Assembly: GCA_045106895.1 (NCBI GenBank)
Contig: JBGCFM010000131.1
Coordinates: 1-46,633, forward strand
Length of the DNA: 46,633 nt
Direction: 5' to 3'
Source: Polyangiales bacterium
Lineage (GTDB): Bacteria > Myxococcota_A > Polyangia > Polyangiales > Houyiibacteriaceae
The position numbers and the translations under genes were made by a program. The notes beneath the pieces are model-generated. The model searched no databases. It was not told the DNA's origin and was given only the letters and a program-made list of their open reading frames with translations. Of this stretch, positions 18,538 through 29,155 are shown in pieces; the first letter of the stretch is position 1; the number at the start of each line of letters is the position of its first letter.

Positions 18538-18899
18538 CTACTCAGGCGGGTCTCATCGACATCATGACGTGTTCCAAGTGCCAGGACGCCATGCGCGAGA
18601 AGTCGACTTAAACAAACGAAAGGCACATCGAGACTGCGCGCTTCTGCCTAGCGCTTGTCCTCCCATTCTGCGCGACCAGACAGTCCGAGCGATCGTACTC
18701 ACGATGAGAACGCTAGGCGAACGGGCCTTGAAACGAACAGCTAGAGGCTCCGCCTTCGACTTCTTTCGAAGCCTGCCGATGGAGGTGCCGCGGCAGGCCA
18801 TGATGGGCGTGAACGCGAGAGTTCGGGGTGACGTTTCACCTAGTTCATTCTTTGACTTTCGTTGACGTTCGAACGCAGCTCGCGGAGCGCCGGCGCTGG

Positions 18900-20357
18900 C
18901 TATCGAAAGCCGAGCTCTTTCATCTTCGTCTGGAGGCTCTTGCGCGAGATCTTCAGTAGGCGCGCCGCATGCGTGACGTTGCCGCTGGTCTGCTCAAGGG
19001 CACGTTTGATCAGCTCGTGCTCTAGCGCCGCCGTCGCCTCACGCACGACGTCTTTGAGGCCCACTTCGGGGACTTCGCTCGTGCTGCCCTCAAAGGCCTC
19101 GCGGGCACGCTCCGCCGGCTCCTTGGCGCGTTGATCGGCGCGCAGTTCCGCCGGGAGGTGCTCGATGCGAACTTCCGCGTCGTCACAGAAAAGCATGCAG
19201 CGCTCAACGACGTTCTCCAGCTCACGGATATTCCCGCGCCAGCGGTGATGCACAAGCGCGCGGGACGCATCCGGGCTGAAGCCTTTGATCTTTCGCCCGA
19301 GTCGCTCGTTGAACTTGGCGATGAAGTGCTGAAGCAGGAGTGGGATGTCCGTGGTGCGTTCCCGAAGCGGCGGCAGGTGCACATGGACCACGTTGAGGCG
19401 ATAGTAGAGGTCTGCTCGGAAGTTGCCTTCCTCGATCTCCTTCTGCAGGTCTCGGTTCGTCGCGGCGATGAGCCGCACGTCAACGCTGATGGTCTTGACG
19501 CCGCCGACGCGCTCGAACTCTTGCTCTTGAATTGCACGCAGGAGCTTCACCTGCATGCTGACGGGGATCTCCCCAATCTCGTCCAAGAAGAGACTTCCGC
19601 CGTGTGCAAGTTCGAAGCGACCTGGCTTGGAGCTCACGGCCCCAGTGAAGGCGCCCTTTTCATACCCAAAGAGCTCGCTCTCGATGAGCTCCGGGGGGAT
19701 CGCCGCGCAGTTCACGCGAATGAAAGGCTTGGACTTTCGTTTCCCGTTCTCGTGAAGCGCCTGTGCGATGAGCTCTTTGCCTGTCCCGCTTTCGCCGGTG
19801 ATGAGCACGTTGCTCGGCGTATCGGCGACGCGCTCGATGACCTCGTAGACTTCAAGCATGGGCGGTGCAGCGCCGATGATCCGGTAGCGACCACGTTCGT
19901 CCGCATCCAGTTCGACGTCGGTCTTCTTCAGCTCGCGGGTCTTCGTCGCCTTCGCCACCACGTGACGGAGCTCGTCTCGGTCGAAGGGTTTCGTGACATA
20001 GTCGAAGGCGCCGAGTTTGAGCGCTTCCACGGCTGTGTCTACGGTTCCGTGCGCCGTAATCATGATCACGGGGATCCCCGGATGTCGCTTCGACACCTCC
20101 TTGAGGAGAGACATGCCGTCACGCTTGGGCATGCGCAGGTCGGAGATGATGACGTCGATATGGTGCTCGTCGACGGCTTCTAGCGCCGCCTCGCCATCTT
20201 CCACATCGATGACCTGAAACCCGTCGCGCTTCAGCTGCGCGCGAAGCACGCGACGCAGATTGTTCTCATCGTCTGCGACGAGGACCGTGGGCGGCTCCTT
20301 GGCGAAGGCGCCTTGGCCCGCTTCGCTCATGGACTGTTCGCTCATACGCTCGCTCAA
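18900..20357 (-). CDS. Sigma-54-dependent NtrC-family response regulator (REC-AAA+-Fis HTH)
   Basis: 'VADDE', 'SDLRMP', [30 protein letters not shown], '[17 protein letters not shown]'. Start is TTG 20357 or ATG 20345. Confidence 0.95.
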   Translation of the reverse strand: MSERMSEQSMSEAGQGAFAKEPPTVLVADDENNLRRVLRAQLKRDGFQVIDVEDGEAALEAVDEHHIDVIISDLRMPKRDGMSLLKEVSKRHPGIPVIMITAHGTVDTAVEALKLGAFDYVTKPFDRDELRHVVAKATKTRELKKTDVELDADERGRYRIIGAAPPMLEVYEVIERVADTPSNVLITGESGTGKELIAQALHENGKRKSKPFIRVNCAAIPPELIESELFGYEKGAFTGAVSSKPGRFELAHGGSLFLDEIGEIPVSMQVKLLRAIQEQEFERVGGVKTISVDVRLIAATNRDLQKEIEEGNFRADLYYRLNVVHVHLPPLRERTTDIPLLLQHFIAKFNERLGRKIKGFSPDASRALVHHRWRGNIRELENVVERCMLFCDDAEVRIEHLPAELRADQRAKEPAERAREAFEGSTSEVPEVGLKDVVREATAALEHELIKRALEQTSGNVTHAARLLKISRKSLQTKMKELGFR

Positions 20358-21724
20358 GGAACAGTGCCCAGGCAGCGCTGTGTTTCGCTCGCCGCGTCAC
20401 CGGCAAGGCCCGTGCAGTAGAAGATGTAGAGCGCGTTGATCCCCGGCGCCGAAGCGACGGGCTCGTCGCGTGGCGTTGTGCTCAGACTTGATTGGGCGAC
20501 GACCACGCGCGCCCCGAGGCCAGCTTCCGCCGTCGCGCTCGAGACACTAAGGATACGGGCTGTGCCGGCGTCAAACCCCTCGCTGTTGGGCAACACGTAG
20601 AGCGCGCCGGCACCAGGGGCGCCGCCAACGCTTGAGAGCGCGGCACCGAGGATAATGTCCACGTCGCCGTCGGCGTCGAAGTCGCCCGAACTCATCGAGC
20701 TTCCTAGACCATCACAGATGACCCGACCGTCAGCCGGCAAAGATCCGCAGGTGATCTCGAGGGTGCCTGGGTGCGTGTCCGGCGCAGGGTCCGTACATCC
20801 CGCGCCGGCGCTAAGACCCACGAGAGGTACGTGAAGAACGCGGTCGGCGCGGGGATCGCCAAGGAGCGCTTCCGGCTCTCCATCGCCGTCGGTGTCGACG
20901 AGGGCCATGCCGCCGCCTTCTTCCAATAGGTCCGAGGGCGATCGGATGTCGACGCCATCGATGCACGCGACGGCTTCCGTAACTCGCGCGCCCGTGCTGT
21001 CGACTTGCGCGCGAAGCACGACGACGCGCTCCATTCCAGGGGCCGCCGCCAAGATCACCACGCCGCCGGCAACTTCGAACGCTTCCACTTCGCTTCCGAG
21101 GCGTGCGCCGCCCGCGAGATCGAGCTGCGGCAACTCCAGTGCTTCGACGTTGGCGCCGTCGTTGGGCAGGATGTAGAGCCCGCCGCGACCGGAGTCTGCG
21201 CCGGGAGCACCGATCACCGCCTCACCAAAACCGCCGAGTCCGGCGACGGCAGTACCGAAGGCTTCACCGGAACGTCCCGTCGCGATGACGACAGCTTCGT
21301 TGGTTGGCCCTTCGCACTGAAGGCGAAGCCGTCCATCCTGGGTCGCGTCGCGCTGCACCTGAGAGCCGATAAGAATACAGGCGTCTCGCTCCTGCCATCC
21401 ACCGATGGACGTGATGTCGGTGCCGCTGCCTTCGTCGCAGTTGCCGTCGCAGCCGTCGAAGAGCGCGTTGCCTTCACCCTGAGTCGCTTCCGTCCACACA
21501 TCGAAGATGGAGTATGGGGAGGCGGTGCCGGCGCTCGCTACGACTCTTGAGCGCGCAGGGCCTTCGGCGCGATACGCTTCAAGCACGCGGCCAAAGCCAG
21601 CAGGACGTGGATAACTCTCCACTTCGTAGAGACTGATGGGCGCCTCCGCTGCGATATCATCGTACTCGCCGTAGAGACAGCCAACGAAAAGAACAGGGAG
21701 CGAAGCCAGGAATACCGAGCGCAT
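20354..21724 (-). CDS. FG-GAP (integrin-alpha-like) repeat lipoprotein
   Basis: Lipobox FVGC; 'FGTAVA..VIGAPG', '[15 protein letters not shown]', '[15 protein letters not shown]'. Confidence 0.8.
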   Translation of the reverse strand: MRSVFLASLPVLFVGCLYGEYDDIAAEAPISLYEVESYPRPAGFGRVLEAYRAEGPARSRVVASAGTASPYSIFDVWTEATQGEGNALFDGCDGNCDEGSGTDITSIGGWQERDACILIGSQVQRDATQDGRLRLQCEGPTNEAVVIATGRSGEAFGTAVAGLGGFGEAVIGAPGADSGRGGLYILPNDGANVEALELPQLDLAGGARLGSEVEAFEVAGGVVILAAAPGMERVVVLRAQVDSTGARVTEAVACIDGVDIRSPSDLLEEGGGMALVDTDGDGEPEALLGDPRADRVLHVPLVGLSAGAGCTDPAPDTHPGTLEITCGSLPADGRVICDGLGSSMSSGDFDADGDVDIILGAALSSVGGAPGAGALYVLPNSEGFDAGTARILSVSSATAEAGLGARVVVAQSSLSTTPRDEPVASAPGINALYIFYCTGLAGDAASETQRCLGTVP

Positions 21725-23367
21725 TAGAACGTCCCTTCAACGCTAAGGCCGGCGCGCGTTGGCGACAGCGTAGGAGCTAGAGCCCAGTCGCGAGGCTCGA
21801 GAACGTTGCCCCCGGAGTCCGGCAAACCGTCACGCAGGAAATAGTAGATAGAGAGCACGCCGAGGAGCGCGCCGGCACCGAACGCGGCGTAACTACCGAT
21901 GGTGAGCACGCGGCCATTGAAGATACGCTCGTCGTCGCTTGCGAGGGTCCCGGCGTCGCGAGCGGCCTCGAGCTCTGCCAGGTTTTCTTGAGAGAGCAGA
22001 AAGAGCACCGTTCCGCCAGCGAGGGCTCCCGCACCCATGATCGCCGTCGTCCATGCGCCGGCGCGAGAGACGCTCGGCTTCAAGTCCGCGGTGATGGGCG
22101 TGAGCATTCCCCGGGCGATCTCAAGCTCGACCTCGTAGTCCTTCATGTCGTCGGCGCTCACACGAAGCTCGTGGGCACCAGCATCGACGTCGCCTTCATA
22201 AGGCACCGTGCCTACGAGTTCGTCGTCGATGAACACCTCGGCGCCACGCACGTTCGCCGTGACGCGAATGCGGCCGAAGGTCGTCCGATTCATGGTCTCG
22301 GTCAGTTCGCCAACGTCGCCTAGGCCAACCTCGATTTCACGCTCGATGGTTTCAAAGCCCGGTCGCTCAAGCCATACGCGATGCGTGCCGATGGGTACGA
22401 CGTTCTGAAACGGCGTCTGACCGAGCGCGCCGGCGGCGTGGTCATCGACGAAGACAGAAGCGCCCGGAGGGTCCGTCACGACACGAAGGAGGCCAGCGAA
22501 GTTGCCCTGACTCATCTCCAAGACAGCGACGTACACCTTGCCTGCACGAATCACCATCTCGTGGGTGATCGTCTGAAAGTCGGGGTGCTCCACGGAGATC
22601 TCGTAGGTGCCTTCGTCGAGGGTTTCGTTGAAAGGCGAAGGGCCTTCGACGACGACGCGTCCTCCCCTTCGCAGGCGCACTTGAGCGCCCGACGGGTTCG
22701 TCTCGACGGAGAGCAGAGACTTCATCGCGCGCTCCGGACCCGCGGCGACGAGGATCGCTTCGGTGGGCGCGGCCTCGGTGGGCGTGCCTTCCGACGGTGT
22801 TCCTTCGGCAGGCGTGCCTTCGGTCGGTGTTCCTTCGGCAGGCGTACCTTCTGCCGGCGTGCCTTCGGTTGGTGTTCCTTCCGCCGGCGTGCCTTCGGCA
22901 GGCGTGCCTTCTGCCGGCGTTCCTTCCGCAGGCGTGCCTTCTGCGGGTGTTCCTTCGGTGCCTTCGGGAGGGGTGACCTCGACAGGGGCCGACGGCATCA
23001 ACGCCGCAAGCTGCGCGCGAAGCGTGGTGATGCGTCCGTTGACCTCTTCGCGGTCGCCGGCGCTGCTCTCTTCGCGGACATAACGCTCGTAGAAGACGAT
23101 GGCGCGTTGGGCGTCTCCGTGACGCTCGTAGGCGATGCCAGCGTTGTACAAGAACGCGGCATAGGGGCGCGCATCGTAGGCAGCGACGAACTCGGCGGCG
23201 GCTTCGAGGTTTCGCCCCTGAACATAGAGAAGCTGCCCTTCCTCCATGTGGGTGCGCGCCTCCTGAATCGCACCTGCCGACTGAGCCGAGGCCGTACCCG
23301 CGACACAGAGGAGCGCCACGGCGAGGCACGTGCCGCCCCAGCTTCGCCAATTCCAAATTCGTCTCAT
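21724..23367 (-). CDS. TPR + triple PEGA domain protein with PAEGT repeat linker
   Basis: Signal peptide; TPR 'AYDARP..FLYNAGIAYE'; PEGA units 'VETNPSGA', 'VTDPPGASVFVD..GQTP', 'ANVRGAEVFID..GTVP'; C-terminal hydrophobic segments ending 'GTF'. Confidence 0.88.
   Translation of the reverse strand: MRRIWNWRSWGGTCLAVALLCVAGTASAQSAGAIQEARTHMEEGQLLYVQGRNLEAAAEFVAAYDARPYAAFLYNAGIAYERHGDAQRAIVFYERYVREESSAGDREEVNGRITTLRAQLAALMPSAPVEVTPPEGTEGTPAEGTPAEGTPAEGTPAEGTPAEGTPTEGTPAEGTPAEGTPTEGTPAEGTPSEGTPTEAAPTEAILVAAGPERAMKSLLSVETNPSGAQVRLRRGGRVVVEGPSPFNETLDEGTYEISVEHPDFQTITHEMVIRAGKVYVAVLEMSQGNFAGLLRVVTDPPGASVFVDDHAAGALGQTPFQNVVPIGTHRVWLERPGFETIEREIEVGLGDVGELTETMNRTTFGRIRVTANVRGAEVFIDDELVGTVPYEGDVDAGAHELRVSADDMKDYEVELEIARGMLTPITADLKPSVSRAGAWTTAIMGAGALAGGTVLFLLSQENLAELEAARDAGTLASDDERIFNGRVLTIGSYAAFGAGALLGVLSIYYFLRDGLPDSGGNVLEPRDWALAPTLSPTRAGLSVEGTF
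22783..22947. repeat. 15-nt coding tandem repeat, P(A/T/S)EGT x11
   Basis: Eleven consecutive pentapeptide units inside the PEGA gene, with degenerate copies on both sides. Confidence 0.9.
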
Positions 23368-23514
23368 GGCTCCTGCTTAGCAGTATTGGCACTTCAGGCC
23401 CAAAGAGCTGTGTTTGGGCCCTTTTTTGCCGCTATATCGGGGCGGGGGGCATCTTTCTGTAACCAGGTGCCCCAAACGCCCGTACCTTCCTTGTCGTCGG
23501 GACCTAAAAACGCC

Positions 23515-24039
23515 GTGAATTCCTCTGAACCCAGTTTTACGCTGCCCCCTTGGCTGAAAAGCGCGCTGCCCTGGCTCGTCGCCTCGGGCCTGCTCTTCGG
23601 CATCGCCCACGCGGTCGGTGGCGGCTCAACGAGCGGCGGGCACCTCGTCGGCGAAGCCGCACCGGACCTCTCCGTGCAGCTCACGAGCGGTGAGCACTTT
23701 GACCTGTCGGCCCAGAGCGGCGTGACGGTGGTGAACTTCTGGGCGCGCTGGTGTCCTCCCTGCCGTGCCGAAGCCGGCGACCTGATGCGAACGCACGAAG
23801 CCATCGCCGGCCGCGGCCGCGTCCTCGGCATCGCCATGGAAGGCGCGGATATCCCCGCAGCGGACAACCTGGGGATGCGCTACCCCATCGCCTTGGCGAC
23901 CCCCGGCCTCCCCGCCGCCTTCGGCGTCAACATGCTCCCCTCCACCTTCGTCGTCGACGAAAACGGAGTCGTCCGCGCTTCCTTCGTGGGCGCCGTCACG
24001 GAGAGCGAACTCCGCGCGGCCATCGCCCTCGCCGAGTAG
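23515..24039 (+). CDS. TlpA/ResA-family thiol-disulfide oxidoreductase
   Basis: N-terminal TM, 'APDLSV', 'VVNFWARWCPPCRAE', 'LPSTFVVDENG'. Start uncertain. Confidence 0.85.
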   Translation: MNSSEPSFTLPPWLKSALPWLVASGLLFGIAHAVGGGSTSGGHLVGEAAPDLSVQLTSGEHFDLSAQSGVTVVNFWARWCPPCRAEAGDLMRTHEAIAGRGRVLGIAMEGADIPAADNLGMRYPIALATPGLPAAFGVNMLPSTFVVDENGVVRASFVGAVTESELRAAIALAE

Positions 24040-24147
24040 CGATCGGGCAAGCTTTGCGTGAAGCGACACGACGTCGCACCCACGTTGGCGATTAGAACCC
24101 GAATTTCATTGTCCTGCTCTGGTACGGAGTGTGCTTAGGATAGCCGT

Positions 24148-27100
24148 ATGGCTACAGAGACATCACCCGTCGACTTGATGCCGAACGCGTGGCGCAAGCG
24201 CGTTCATCCACGTCGAGGGTACCGAAGCGCACAGCTCACCAAAGGAAAGCTCGACAAGAAAGCTTCGGCGAAGCTCGTCGCCCACCTTGAGGCGCTTCGT
24301 TCCAACCTGAGCGTGAAGACCAAGCGCAACAAAGACGTCATCGCCGCCATCGACGCGCAGGTAAGCGGTGAGTCGACGCAGGACAGTGAGCTCGCGGCGG
24401 CGATCTGCGCGCTGGCCTACTACCGAGTTGAATACGACGGGAAAGCGCAGCCCATCGCCGTCGTCGATCACTTCGTGAGCAACGGCGGGCTCGCCTTCGC
24501 CGTCGACGCGGTGCTCCACTCCGTTTCGCTCTGCGTGGGCCTAAAAACGAAGAAGGTGTGGACGCCCCAAGGAGAGTTCGTCCTCCAAGACAAGAGCGAC
24601 GCGGCCGCAGCAAGCTTCGACGCCCCCGAGTTCTTCCACATCGCCAACGACATCCGGCCCGCACTCTTCCGGCTGCGCGCGCTCCTCGCAGTCTGCCCCG
24701 AACCCGAACATGCGGCGGCCTTTGTGGTCGCGAAGGCACACCGAAAGAAAGACAAGTCGTTGGCAGGCTTCGTCCAATGTGTCGCCGCAAGCTATCTCTT
24801 TGAAGGAGTGCGCGAGTGGGTCGAGGAGGACGTACGCACACTCCCGAAGGCGATGAAGAAGCACGCCAACTCCGACGCGCGCTCCTGGCGCCACTACCAT
24901 GTGACTCTGATTCTGGCGTGCTTGCGTACCCTCGACGAGTACGAAGCGCTCAACGAACTCGTCGGCAAGAGCTGGCCGGAGAGTCCATGGGATATGACCC
25001 TCAGCGGACAGCACGGCACCTACGCGGGCAAGCGTTGGCACTTCATGCCCACTCTCTTGGAGGGACTCGGCGCGCAAGTGCTCACGCTATGTTCGTACCT
25101 CTACGACTACGCCGAAAAGGCCGACTATATCAGTCCGCTTGCCTACCTAGATGACGACGCGGCGTTCACCGCGCTCATGGACCGCGCGGACGCCAAGCAC
25201 CCGATGGCGGCGCTGAGTGAGGCCACCGTTCTCTTCCCCAAGCGAGGCGTGAGGCTCTTGTCCGAGCGCGTGCAAGCGAAGGGCAAAAACCATGGGCGAC
25301 TGTCCGCGCTCATCGAAGCTGCTCAAGCGGCGACCGCGAAAGACCACGAGGCCCCGCGAAAGAAGAGCACGCCCAAGAAGAAGAATGAAAAAACAAAGAC
25401 GGCGGCGAAGACCACCGACTCTACGCCGCACCTACTTGCCAATCCACCGTGGGAGCGCGCAAAAACGAAATTTCGCGCGCAGGTGCTAGCGCCGATTCCG
25501 TACAAGGCGACCTTCGCCTGGGCAGACGGGGAGAAAGATGAGTTCTGGCTCCAGCGCTGGGACCCGGGAGCCCTCGAATACAGCGAGCGTTTCCCTTTCC
25601 CAGGCGGCTACCTGGAGAGAATTCAGCAAGGCGATCGCATGCCCCAAGGGCACTGGAAGATCTGGAGCGACGAGGACTGGCGCAGCCTCAGCACGGACTG
25701 GGAGAAGCGGTTCACCGTCGCTCATGCACCGGAACACCTCTCTTGGGACGAAGCGCAGACGCACGTCACGCACCCCAAGTACTTCTATGCGATGGGCACC
25801 GCCATCGTCCGCCACGGCGAGCGGCTGCTGCCGCAGCTAATCGAGCAAGCGAAACGACACCCGAAGGAAGCATGGGTTCATCTTGGGCCCTTTGACTGCG
25901 CCGAGCTCGCGGCTCCTTTGGCCAGTGTACTTCACGTCAAGAAACTCAGAGCCGATGTTGAGCGCTGGTTCCTTCGTCATCCACGCGCCGCTGCCTTTGG
26001 GCTGATTCCGGATCTCGTCGGCAAGAACGCCAAGGCGCGAAAAGCCGCAGCCCTTGCGCTGAAGGCCATCGCTCGACGAAGCGCGCACATTATTGTGGAG
26101 GTAGCCAAGGAGTACGGCGACGACGTCGCCGCGCAGGTTGGAGAAGTCCTCGCCGACGACCCGCGACTGAGTAAGCAGCCCAAAGCGCCGAACTTCTGGA
26201 GCAGCGCGCTACCGAGACCGCGCCTCAAGAGCGGCGACGACATCGACGACGACGCCTTCGACAACCTCCGCATCTTCTTGATGCTCTCTGAGCTCGAAGA
26301 CCCACTGCCCGGCCTCTACAAAGTCCTCGGCGCATTCGACGAGGCCTCCCTCGCGACGTTTGGCCTGGCGCTCTTCGACGCCTGGGAGCGCGCCGGGTTT
26401 CCGAACGGGCATCGCTGGGTCATGTCGGTTCAGGGTTTCGTTGGCAACGACGACACCGCACGCAGACTGACGCCCCTGGTGCGCAAATGGCCAGGTGAGA
26501 GCAGCCACGTTCGAGCGACGCACGGTCTAGAAGCCCTCGCGGCCATCGGCTCCGATCTCGCCCTCATGGGCATCTACGACATCGGCCAGCGGCTCAAGTT
26601 CAAAGCGCTCAAGGAGCTGGCTTCGTCGATGGTCAAAGCCATCGCCGCGGACCGCGGACTGCGCGAAGAAGAGCTCGCCGACCGCCTCGTGCCAAGCCTA
26701 GGCCTCGATGAGATGGGCATCTTGAACCTGGACTTTGGCCCTCGGAAGTTCGTGGTGCGCTTCGACGAGGCTCTCAAGGTCGACCTGCGGGACGTCGAGG
26801 GAAAGAAACTCAAAACGCTGCCGAAGCCGAACACAGCCGATGACGCGGCCAAAGCCAAGGAGGCAAAGAAGACCCTCGCCGCGCTCAAGAAGGACGCCAA
26901 GGCCATCGCAGGCGCCCAGATATCTCGTTTGGAGAAGTCGATGACGACGGGGCGGCGCTGGAGCGGCGAGAACTTCCTGCGTTTCTTTGCGCGTCACCCA
27001 CTGATTCGTCACCTCGCCCAGCGACTCGTGTGGGCCACGTACAAAGAAGGAGAGGTGCTTCGCACGTTCCGCCCCACGGACGAAGGAGCGGTGACTGCAA

Positions 27101-27564
27101 GCGATGAAGCCTTCAGCATCGAGAGCAGCGACGAGGTGGGGTTGCTTCACCCCATCGACGCGAAAAGCGCAGAGCTCGCGGCTTGGGGGAGCGCGCTTGG
27201 GGACTTTGAGATCGTGCAGCCCTTTGCTCAGCTTGGCCGATCGGTCTACGACATGGCGGCGACGCTTGCGCTGCTCGATGAGCTTCGCGGCGCGCGCGTT
27301 CCCACGAGCGCCGTGCTCCAGCTCCGCAAGAGCGGCTGGTCGCGCGGCGAACCTCAAGACTCCGGGCACATCTCCGAGATGACCCGCGGCGCGTGCCGCT
27401 TGGCGCTCGCCCCCGGGTTCAACGTCGCGGCCGTAGCCGAAGAGCCAGAGCAGACCGCCGAGGGACTTTTTCTCGAGGGCAAAGCCATGAACAAGGCGCT
27501 CCTCTCGTCCCTCTCACGAATCGACCAAAGCGAACTCGCTTGGTCCCTGCGCGTCCTCGTTTGA
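24148..27564 (+). CDS. DUF4132 domain-containing protein (MolR-like C-terminus)
   Basis: 'LVRKWPGES.H.RA..GLEALAAIGSD.AL', 'EELADRLVP.LGLD', 'LDFGPRKF.V.FDEAL', 'RLEKSM..GRRWS', 'HP', 'QPFAQLGR'. Confidence 0.85.
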   Translation: MATETSPVDLMPNAWRKRVHPRRGYRSAQLTKGKLDKKASAKLVAHLEALRSNLSVKTKRNKDVIAAIDAQVSGESTQDSELAAAICALAYYRVEYDGKAQPIAVVDHFVSNGGLAFAVDAVLHSVSLCVGLKTKKVWTPQGEFVLQDKSDAAAASFDAPEFFHIANDIRPALFRLRALLAVCPEPEHAAAFVVAKAHRKKDKSLAGFVQCVAASYLFEGVREWVEEDVRTLPKAMKKHANSDARSWRHYHVTLILACLRTLDEYEALNELVGKSWPESPWDMTLSGQHGTYAGKRWHFMPTLLEGLGAQVLTLCSYLYDYAEKADYISPLAYLDDDAAFTALMDRADAKHPMAALSEATVLFPKRGVRLLSERVQAKGKNHGRLSALIEAAQAATAKDHEAPRKKSTPKKKNEKTKTAAKTTDSTPHLLANPPWERAKTKFRAQVLAPIPYKATFAWADGEKDEFWLQRWDPGALEYSERFPFPGGYLERIQQGDRMPQGHWKIWSDEDWRSLSTDWEKRFTVAHAPEHLSWDEAQTHVTHPKYFYAMGTAIVRHGERLLPQLIEQAKRHPKEAWVHLGPFDCAELAAPLASVLHVKKLRADVERWFLRHPRAAAFGLIPDLVGKNAKARKAAALALKAIARRSAHIIVEVAKEYGDDVAAQVGEVLADDPRLSKQPKAPNFWSSALPRPRLKSGDDIDDDAFDNLRIFLMLSELEDPLPGLYKVLGAFDEASLATFGLALFDAWERAGFPNGHRWVMSVQGFVGNDDTARRLTPLVRKWPGESSHVRATHGLEALAAIGSDLALMGIYDIGQRLKFKALKELASSMVKAIAADRGLREEELADRLVPSLGLDEMGILNLDFGPRKFVVRFDEALKVDLRDVEGKKLKTLPKPNTADDAAKAKEAKKTLAALKKDAKAIAGAQISRLEKSMTTGRRWSGENFLRFFARHPLIRHLAQRLVWATYKEGEVLRTFRPTDEGAVTASDEAFSIESSDEVGLLHPIDAKSAELAAWGSALGDFEIVQPFAQLGRSVYDMAATLALLDELRGARVPTSAVLQLRKSGWSRGEPQDSGHISEMTRGACRLALAPGFNVAAVAEEPEQTAEGLFLEGKAMNKALLSSLSRIDQSELAWSLRVLV

Positions 27565-27618
27565 AGACGCGCGCTCCTAAGAAATATCGCACTTTGCCCA
27601 CCTGTGGCATGGTGAGGC

Positions 27619-28599
27619 GTGCGTAACTTACTTCTCTTAGTCGCCTGTTTCTCTATCGCGTGCGGAGACGATAGCTCTGCCGATGCCGGCGGCCGCAACG
27701 ACAGCGGCCCCGTTTTTGACGGCGCCGCCCCAGACGTTCCCGGCGACGACGCTGGCCCCTGCGAAGAAGGCGAGCCCTGCGACGCCGACGGCGACGGATG
27801 CACCATGGACACCTGCCGTCGAGGGCGCTGTGTGCTTGGCACCAACACGGCCTGCGATGACGGCGCCTCGTGCACCGTGGACGAGTGCCGCTCGACTGGG
27901 CCCATGACCTTTGAGTGCGACAGGCGCATCGGAACGAACTTCTGCGCCATCGACTCCATGTGCTTCCGCGACGACGACGCGAACCCCATGAACCTCTGCC
28001 AGGTCTGTCAGCCGAGCCAAGCCTCGATGGAATGGACGACTCTCACCGCCGAGTGCGACGACCAGAACTCATGCACCTCCGGCGACACGTGCGAGACCGG
28101 CGAGTGCATCGGGGTGCCAATCCTCGATGACTTCGAGGACAACCCGACGCGCGGCGAAGCGGCGAGGCTCGGCGCCGTCGCCGACGACGAGACCTTCCCC
28201 TCCGGCGACGACGTCGTCGGCACTCTCTTCCCCGAAGGCGACGAAGACTGGTACGTGTACCGCGACACCGACGAGAACCTCGGCCGCATCTTCCCGCGCG
28301 TCGACCTCACGGGCATCCCCGAAGGCACGGACTACGAGCTGTGCGCCTTCGTCAGCTGCACGGAGAACGAGACCCTCGGCTCCGACTGCCCCATCGGCAC
28401 CGAAGCGATGATGGACGGCCTCCCCGGTTGCTGCTCCAACGCCTCGGGCAACCTCGACGAGTCCGTGCGCCTTGACCACGACTGCGACGGTGGCCTCGTT
28501 ACCTCCGATGACACCGTCGAGGTCTACGTCCGCGTGCGACAGGTCGAGGGAGATCCCGTGTGCGACGGCGGCTACACCTTGCTCTACGGCGACGACTGA
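27619..28599 (+). CDS. Cys-rich lipoprotein (CDDG..CT.D.C repeats) with C-terminal PPC-like domain
   Basis: Lipobox SIAC-GDD; 'CDDGASCTVDEC', 'CDDQNSCTSGDTC'; 'DDFEDN....A', 'GDEDWY'. Confidence 0.8.
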   Translation: MRNLLLLVACFSIACGDDSSADAGGRNDSGPVFDGAAPDVPGDDAGPCEEGEPCDADGDGCTMDTCRRGRCVLGTNTACDDGASCTVDECRSTGPMTFECDRRIGTNFCAIDSMCFRDDDANPMNLCQVCQPSQASMEWTTLTAECDDQNSCTSGDTCETGECIGVPILDDFEDNPTRGEAARLGAVADDETFPSGDDVVGTLFPEGDEDWYVYRDTDENLGRIFPRVDLTGIPEGTDYELCAFVSCTENETLGSDCPIGTEAMMDGLPGCCSNASGNLDESVRLDHDCDGGLVTSDDTVEVYVRVRQVEGDPVCDGGYTLLYGDD

Positions 28600-28609
28600 G
28601 GATAAGACA

Positions 28610-28942
28610 CTGGGGATCTACAACCTCCTCACCTGCGAGACGGAGTGCCCGCACTGTGGCTTCGAGGGAGAGGTGGAGGCGCAGACGACGAGCGGTGTTC
28701 TCAATCTGCTCGAGTACAAAATCGGCGACCCGATGAGCTGGACGCGCAAGGTGAGCCTCAAGAAGGGCGGCCGTCCCCAGGACGGCAATATGGACGGTGA
28801 GGGGTACGTTGAATGTCCCTCATGCACTCGTGACTACTTCTTGGTCGTGGAGATTCGCAACGATCGAATTGCGGCAGTACGCGTCGACGACTCCAAACCC
28901 GGGTACATGGAGCAACGCGAAGTACTCGACGGCAAAGACTGA
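28610..28942 (+). CDS. Small Zn-ribbon-like protein (two CxxC), probable CTG start
   Basis: GAGGA at 28598-28602, 7 nt before CTG-GGG-ATC-TAC; protein (M)GIYNLLTCETECPHCG...YVECPSCTRDY. Confidence 0.6.
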   Translation: MGIYNLLTCETECPHCGFEGEVEAQTTSGVLNLLEYKIGDPMSWTRKVSLKKGGRPQDGNMDGEGYVECPSCTRDYFLVVEIRNDRIAAVRVDDSKPGYMEQREVLDGKD

Positions 28943-28951
28943 CGGTAAGTC

Positions 28952-29125
28952 TCAAGCTGCGTCTACGATGGACCCCCGCTCGACCAATACCGTCACGTCG
29001 ACGTCTTGAGTCGCCCTGGGCGCTTCGCGAACGGATACCGCCTGGGCACCGAACACATACCACTCGAAGCCCAAGCCATCGATTGCCTTCGCAAGGGCGC
29101 GCAACGTCTCTCCGAGCGCCGACAC
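28952..29125 (-). pseudogene. Truncated nucleotidyltransferase (AbiEii/DUF6036-like toxin) remnant
   Basis: 57-aa frame VSALGETLRALAKAIDGLGFEWYVFGAQAVSVREAPRATQDVDVTVLVERGSIVDAA*; carries the 'GA.A...PR.T.D.D' NTase signature and stops right after it. Confidence 0.65.
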
Positions 29126-29155
29126 TACTGTTCGCCGGGTTCGCCGGCTTGCTGT

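Noticed and set aside
18538..18899. 360-bp gap between convergent cheW and the NtrC-type gene: possible sRNA, riboswitch or small ORF
   Set aside because: Only short inverted repeats (GCCTAGCG/CGCTAGGC), no recognisable RNA motif, and the ORFs there look non-protein-like.
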